Source: Cyanophora paradoxa CCMP329 (taxonomy: Eukaryota > Plantae > Glaucophyta). Taken from it: 64,000 bases of DNA. This document shows positions 58,201 to 64,000 of the stretch, piece after piece. The position numbers and the translations under genes were made by a program. Under the pieces are notes generated by a model that searched no databases, was not told the origin of the DNA, and saw only the letters and a list, made by a program, of their open reading frames with translations. How positions within the stretch are numbered: position 1 is the stretch's first letter; every line of letters begins with the position of its first letter. The DNA lies in assembly GCA_004431415.1 (NCBI GenBank), contig QPMI01000034.1, positions 30,753-94,752 on the forward strand. The letters are read 5' to 3'.

Positions 58201-60110
58201 ATACACGTTCAACAGGAACGAGTTCGAACGGTCCTGGCGTCATTACGAACAGCACGTGGGTCCGGAGGTACTCCTACAGTACAATGAGATCCACGCGTCC
58301 GAGGAAGATTCGATTCCCGAATTGTTTCTCCTTGACTACGGCGCAATACTGTTCTCCGACGACCTCGTGGAGCATCGTACGCGCTGGATAACGCTGGCTT
58401 ACAACGCTTCTGGCACGTCACGGGACGACCGCATCACCATGACAGCTGAACTGGCACCCCCTTGCGGTACAGCGGAGGTCTCACAGAAGCCGACGGAGCA
58501 AATCCTAGCCGTTTCGGGCCCCACCTCTACATCGGTGACGACGAGGACGGAGCTCCTCCCGGACCATTTGAGGGCGTCGGGTTGTCCATCAACCCGCTGC
58601 GCGGCGCTCTACAAGTCGACCCCCGATACCCGCGGACGTACCTGTACGACCAGGCGACGGGGACGATGGAGCAGCCCAGGCTGGTACGACGGCAGAACGC
58701 GGCCGCCGCGAATCCAAGTCTAGCCGGTACGAAGCCGAGGCCGAAGCGCATGAAGGAGACAGACCTCCCGAACGACGGCGAGAAGGAGCACAAATGGGCC
58801 CTGTGGATCACACCGCGAACAATTGACGGTGCTCGGGTTGGCGGCAAGACGCCCGTCGTGATTGACAGGGGTGACACGGCTCGGGCACTTCGCCTTTGTC
58901 GCTTCGACGTCGCACCCGAGTTCAAGCCCCGTCTGCCCCAAACAGGAGTTCACCGCGTTCGCTTCCGGCGCGTCGCCCGAACACCACCGGTAGCGGGCAG
59001 CGACAGCGACACCACAAGCACGACTTCTCGAACTTCGGCACTAGCTCCACGCGGAAGTAAAGGAGCCCTCCCGCCTACCTTCTACTTCCGCGCACACTAC
59101 CGTGACCTCTCCCAAACGCCTGTGGACACCTCGTACACGGAGTACAGCTGGGAACGCTTCGCGGCACACGGTCAGTCTCACGAGTCCATCCCCGTACTCT
59201 GGCCAGACCTCTGGGACGAAGACGGAACGAACTTCAGGACTGAATACGATTTGTATGACTGGAGCGCATTCCGAACACCGCATCAGCTCAATGCTGACGC
59301 CCTCGTGTCATTGGCTGAGGATCTGCGAGCACGGCCGCCTGACCTCTCCAACTCGGCGGGAGCCTCCTTGGACGTCGTGCGCACACGCGCCCTGTTCACT
59401 CGCATGGCGTTCATCATGAACACTTTGGGGTTCACCGCGTGGGACGCGGTCAAACACGCCTCGCTCGTCTCCATCCATCGGGACCGCGCTCGATTTTACT
59501 TCAACTCGATCCTGCAGGGCGACACCCGCCTACCTCACCAGTGGAAGACGCTGGTCAGCTACTTGCGCGAGGGCCTCAGTCGCCACGGCCATCATTACGC
59601 GGAATACGACACGCTCGTCGACTTCGATCCCAACCCTGACTCGGATGAGAGCATCGCTTACATCTGGTTTGGCCGGAAGACCAGCGTACACGCCCAATAC
59701 CTCACAAAATCCCCGAGACGAGGACTCGGATTCAGCCGGCAGGACCACAGCACTCGTCCTAGCAGCGGCCCGGTGCCGTCCAACAGCACCCGCCTGATTC
59801 CAAACCGACCTCGAACCTTCGCGGCGGTACATGTTTTCAACAGAGCACATGAATCGGTCTCCAAGGTGGAGAAGACTGCCCGCATCCGGGTTGCCCGCCT
59901 CCCACCTGACGCCATCTCATCGTCACGACCTTTGACGACGCCAGTGGAACGGAGCTACCAGACAGCACTTCGTGTCCGCACGGCAAGAATGCTCGGTTGG
60001 CTGGGTGACATCGTGTCTCCTAACGACATACCTACAGCCGAGGATACGGCAATAGGAAGTCGAATCGCTCAGCTGACAAAACCCGACCGGACAATGAAGC
60101 AACGGATTGC
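52190..60110 (+). CDS. Uncharacterised cargo region of the retroelement polyprotein (chain of overlapping frames)
   Basis: ORFs 52148-52549, 52204-53715, 53616-53945, 54252-54701, 54728-57229, 57480-57728, 57743-58723 and 58462-60366 plus short bridging frames tile the region without gaps and read as globular protein. Confidence 0.75.
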
Positions 60111-60480
60111 AGATGGTCGCATCTGCGTGTCGGTGCGACTCGGGTCCTATGCACCAGGACGGAAAGTCGGACCGTCCGTCAAAACTCTGGCGTTGGTGGA
60201 TACGGGCGCCGCAGCTGACGTGATTGACGGAGACCTCGCTGCGCGCATCGAGGGCCTCCGTTACAGCCGCGCGCCGCCAGTACAACTGACCGGATTTGGC
60301 GACGACATGACGGCTTACGCTCGCATCGCCTACATGGCGGTCATGATTGGTCCGTACGGTCGGTGAGAGAGGTCCTAGTGGTGGACAAGGGCCTCATGGG
60401 GTCTACCCAAATGCTCCTTGGATTGGCGACGCTCATTGCCATGAACGCTCACATCTCGCTCGACCGACTAACTGGGGAAT
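60111..60480 (+). CDS. Retropepsin-type aspartic protease domain
   Basis: LALVDTGAAADVI (DTG at 60199-60207), flap-like LTGFG; after a -1 correction near 60353, VLVVDKGLMGSTQMLLGLATL. Confidence 0.9.
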
Positions 60481-60531
60481 GACGATCACGGCACCTGACG
60501 CCGACAATGGCGAACGATACCATGTCCCTTT

Positions 60532-63500
60532 TTGCTTGCGGACCAGACCGACGGGGGCGTTCTGGTCCGCCTCGCCCAAGATGTCACCGTCGGGCCAGGC
60601 GAAGCTCTCGTTCGCTGTTACGTCTCGACGGGCCCTCAAGACGCGACTGACGATGCGCCGGAGATGCTCCTCACGCCGCCGCCGCACATTGTTGGAGACG
60701 ACGACGGAGCCGACGACCCCGGTGAAGGAGATGAACCGCGTCATCTTGTCCCTCACCAAATACATCGACGTCCTCGAGGAGGAGCTTTCCTCGCTCAGGT
60801 CTGCAATCCTCAACGCCGACCCGTCCGCTTGAAAGCGGGGACCGTCATCGCGGAGGCGGAATTCGGCAAGTGGCCCGAGAGCGAGTTCCGACCCCACGAC
60901 GACGTCTATCGATACCCGACGGGTTCTTACAAGACCTGGTCGAGTGACGAGAAGCGCAAGTTCCCCATCTCTTCCATCGCCGTCCAAATCCTCTCCAATG
61001 TGCAACCTGTGATTGTACCTGGGCGATCACAGCCTCGACGTTACGTATCCCGAGTGCACGAACAGTACCCCTCTGTTTTTGCACGGCCACCACAACCCCA
61101 GACCGAGGACCAAGGCCTAGACCCCGCTCACAGAGCGGCGCCGACGCCCCGAGTCCTCACTTCCGAAGCTCAAACCCAACTCTCACGCTTTGTGACTGCG
61201 TTCGTCACGCGATACATCCGAGAATCACGTGCGATTCTGACGCCATCGGAGATCAACGAGTTGTGCAAGATCTTCGAACCCCACTTTGCCGATACCTATC
61301 GGCAAGGCGGGCCCCTCCTCAGCCCTGTATGCATCACGTTTGCCCCGACCACGCCGTCGGCGCAACCGCGTTGCATCACCATCTCCTCCGCTTCACCTGC
61401 CGAACCCCACGCAATGGAACCGCCTTCGAGCGCCAATGCCACTCCCCCACCACAGACGGAGGAGGAAGTCCGACAACTCGTCGACGATCTCATGCAGCCG
61501 TCCAAAGACGACAACGATGTGACGGAGGAGGAGCGTGACCAACTACGTAGCCTCTTCACACGGATGGCGCACTGCTTCGCGCAACGCATCAACCCCAAAG
61601 AGCTACTGAAGTACCGTCACAGCATCCGACTCCTCCCCGGCGTACCTACGAAGCATCTGCCTTTGTACAGCGTACCCCGGCGCCTCTCTCCTCCTGCTGA
61701 GAAGGCGGCCAAAGCCGAAATCGAACGACTGCTGCAAGATGGTCTGATCGAACCCTCCCAAGCTGGATACGGTTCCCCAGTGGTACTGGCGCCCAAGAAG
61801 GACGGGACAATGAGATTTTGCGTCGATTACCGCAAGCTGAATTCGCTCACGGAGCGCGACGTCTTCCCTCTCCCGAGAATAGACGATCAACTCGAACGCC
61901 TGCAAGGCGCGACGTACTTCTCGACGTGTGACGCCACCTCCGGGTTCTGGCAGCTTGAACTCGACGAAGAATCCAGGCCTTTGACGACGTTTATCGTACC
62001 CTGGGGTATGTACCAATGGCGAGTTACCCCGTTTGGTATTACGAACGGACCAGCGGCGTTCTGTCGAGCAGTGACATCGATCTTGGGCAATCTGCTGTCA
62101 ACAAGTGTTGTCGCTTACGTTGATGACCTCACGGTCCACTCCCCGACGGCCTCACAACACCTTGTCGACCTTGAGGCGTTCTTCGCCGCGATCGAGCGAG
62201 GAAACCTCAAGCTCAAACCGTCCAAATGCCGTTTCATGGTGAAAGAGATCGACCTACTCGGACACCGTGTCAGCCGCAACGGCGTGAAGATGGACAAGAC
62301 CAAGATGGCCCTCATCGAGAAGACCCAGGAAAAAGATCTCGGAACTGTCGAGTCCATTCGCAGCTTCATCGGCATGACTGGATTCTACAGACGGTTCATT
62401 CGCAACTACGCGAAGCGGGAACTGCCCCTACGCGACCTAGTCACGCGAGCAACACGAGCTGACTCGCTGACGGTCACCTGGGACGATGACGCTCGACGGG
62501 CGCTGGACGACCTCAAGGCCGCCATCATGGAGGATGTCGCACTACTCTTACCCGACTTTGCCAAACCATTCGTCATCCACACGGACTGGAGCAAGCGCGC
62601 CATGGGGGCGGTCCTCATGCAGGCTGACGACTGCGGACGAGAGCGTCCCATCGCTTTCATCAGCAGGACCCTGACTGCGACGGAGCGCAAGTTTCAAAGT
62701 CCGACGGAAGGGGAATGCATCGCGGTACTCTGGGCGGTGAAAGTGTGGAGCCATTACTTCGAGTGCGGGCACCCATTTACAGTCCGGACCGATCACTCGG
62801 CACTCCAATGGTTGAAGTCACAGGACGTGACGAACAACAAGGCGCTCTGTCGAGCGGCGCTGGGACTTCAGGGCTACAACTACACCATCGAGTACCGCGC
62901 GGGGCGCACCAACGTTGTTGCAGACTTCGAGTCGCGTCTGGAACCGTCACACGACCTCTTCCTCCCAGGAGCGGGTGACGGCTCAGACCTCACGACTGAC
63001 ATCCCCGACGGAGCTCGAGGATTCGGTGTACCCCGAGGCGATCTCGACGACCCAACCCAGCTCTTCGCGGTAGCCCCCACGGACACGCTCGACGGGCCAG
63101 CATGGGCGTTGGCGCCGGGAGCGAAGCGGCGTCGCCAAGCGCCCCCTGTAGACGAGCATCGACCCGTTGGCCAACGGCTCGGTCCCTCCTCTACAGCACC
63201 CCAGCCGCCGACGTCACCCCCCAGTTCGCGACGGCGAATTCGGCCCGACGGCGACAGTGACACCGGTGACGAGGACGAGAGTGCACAGCCCCCTCCGCCC
63301 CGACGCACTCGCACTGAGCCTTCGCTACCACCCCACGCGGACGGAGCTCAGTCTCAGGGACAAGAGGGCTGCCCAGCCCCCGTGCCCCCTTTCCCGAAGC
63401 GACCACGTGGACGCCCGCGGAAACTCCCCTCCTCCCCCTCTAAACGACTCGTACTTGCGAGCTTTGGAATCCGAACGAGATCGGAAACGCCTCCAGGCGC

Positions 63501-63588
63501 AAGCTGGCCCTTCTACCTCGTCCGTCGGCAACGGAATTCCCGCTCCACCTCCGCGCGACCCGCTCACCGAGCGGCTTGCACGTGGTGA
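60532..63588 (+). CDS. pol: Pol: reverse transcriptase and RNase H, Ty3/Gypsy type
   Basis: SPVVLAPKKDGTMRFCVDYRKLN, FPLPRIDD, DATSGFWQ, TPFGITNGPA, YVDD (62116-62127); RNase H HTDWS, ECIAV, RTDHSAL, NVVADFESR. Confidence 0.97.
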   Translation: MLADQTDGGVLVRLAQDVTVGPGEALVRCYVSTGPQDATDDAPEMLLTPPPHIVGDDDGADDPGEGDEPRHLVPHQIHRRPRGGAFLAQVCNPQRRPVRLKAGTVIAEAEFGKWPESEFRPHDDVYRYPTGSYKTWSSDEKRKFPISSIAVQILSNVQPVIVPGRSQPRRYVSRVHEQYPSVFARPPQPQTEDQGLDPAHRAAPTPRVLTSEAQTQLSRFVTAFVTRYIRESRAILTPSEINELCKIFEPHFADTYRQGGPLLSPVCITFAPTTPSAQPRCITISSASPAEPHAMEPPSSANATPPPQTEEEVRQLVDDLMQPSKDDNDVTEEERDQLRSLFTRMAHCFAQRINPKELLKYRHSIRLLPGVPTKHLPLYSVPRRLSPPAEKAAKAEIERLLQDGLIEPSQAGYGSPVVLAPKKDGTMRFCVDYRKLNSLTERDVFPLPRIDDQLERLQGATYFSTCDATSGFWQLELDEESRPLTTFIVPWGMYQWRVTPFGITNGPAAFCRAVTSILGNLLSTSVVAYVDDLTVHSPTASQHLVDLEAFFAAIERGNLKLKPSKCRFMVKEIDLLGHRVSRNGVKMDKTKMALIEKTQEKDLGTVESIRSFIGMTGFYRRFIRNYAKRELPLRDLVTRATRADSLTVTWDDDARRALDDLKAAIMEDVALLLPDFAKPFVIHTDWSKRAMGAVLMQADDCGRERPIAFISRTLTATERKFQSPTEGECIAVLWAVKVWSHYFECGHPFTVRTDHSALQWLKSQDVTNNKALCRAALGLQGYNYTIEYRAGRTNVVADFESRLEPSHDLFLPGAGDGSDLTTDIPDGARGFGVPRGDLDDPTQLFAVAPTDTLDGPAWALAPGAKRRRQAPPVDEHRPVGQRLGPSSTAPQPPTSPPSSRRRIRPDGDSDTGDEDESAQPPPPRRTRTEPSLPPHADGAQSQGQEGCPAPVPPFPKRPRGRPRKLPSSPSKRLVLASFGIRTRSETPPGASWPFYLVRRQRNSRSTSARPAHRAACTW

Positions 63589-64000
63589 GCGAGACAAGGC
63601 GAAGACGACAACCAAGCAGCAACGCCGCGAGTCAGAGGAGCAGTACAAGCAAGCCCTCGATAACCGCCGCGAGCGGCTGTCAGACCAGGCCAAGAGTCGT
63701 CACGATGCCAACCGCCGCTCGTGCAACCGACCGGAACCGCCGACCAAGTCGACGCGACGCGAAGCGAGGAACGCCGACTGGGAAGCGTGGAAGCAGTCAG
63801 CAGACACCCTCAGCGGGCCGCAGACCTGCCCCCTCGCCTCCCAGGGAGGAGATCTCGATCCTCTCGCCACTCCATTGCGCCCCCCGCCGTTCTCGACGTC
63901 GCCGACGAAGCTGAGTACGAGGCGTACTTACAGCAGCAACGCGACTCTGGAATTCCTCAGCCTACTCCGATGAGCACCGACGCTGTCGCGCCGCTGGACA

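Larger units (their letters stand above)
45949..64000 (+). mobile_element. Giant Ty3/Gypsy (Metaviridae) LTR retrotransposon, running off the window end
   Basis: Intronless block with distinct base composition. Order is Gag zinc knuckles, protease, RT, RNase H, with no integrase upstream of RT. The 5' boundary is inferred from TGTAAG at 45949. Confidence 0.92.

Noticed and set aside
47656-64000. Programmed ribosomal frameshifting as the explanation for all frame changes
   Set aside because: About 16 serial shifts would give negligible Pol, most sites lack slippery heptamers, one falls inside the protease domain, and host genes show similar breaks. A single genuine programmed site cannot be excluded.

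Overview
Very GC-rich, intron-dense eukaryotic nuclear DNA, not prokaryotic. Introns are mostly about 50-100 nt, G/C-rich, with CTGAC-type branch points, and many use GC donors. One gene has a transit peptide with an N-terminal Phe, which suggests a glaucophyte-like alga such as Cyanophora (inference only). Bases 1-40.4 kb hold about 16 tightly packed spliced host genes: FAM177, F-box/LRR, TMEM184/OSTalpha, tetraspanin-like, a plastid-targeted protein, RPL18, ACTMAP/C19orf54, BED-finger, an ARF fusion, a pseudokinase, LysM-GRAM-TLDc, a triple AP2-like protein and several hypotheticals. Two tandem H/ACA snoRNA genes lie just behind RPL18. Bases 40.9-45.9 kb are repeat/TE-derived and include a 680-bp TIR element with a 5-bp TSD. 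From about 45.95 kb to the window end is a giant Ty3/Gypsy LTR retrotransposon (at least 18 kb, integrase not yet reached). Its fragmented ORFs join through about 16 frameshifts, mostly single-base and at short G/C runs, into one apparent polyprotein of over 5,400 aa. About 3,600 aa of unrecognisable sequence sits between the Gag zinc knuckles and the protease. Gene models were built by eye, so exon boundaries are approximate, and the assembly appears to carry homopolymer indel errors.
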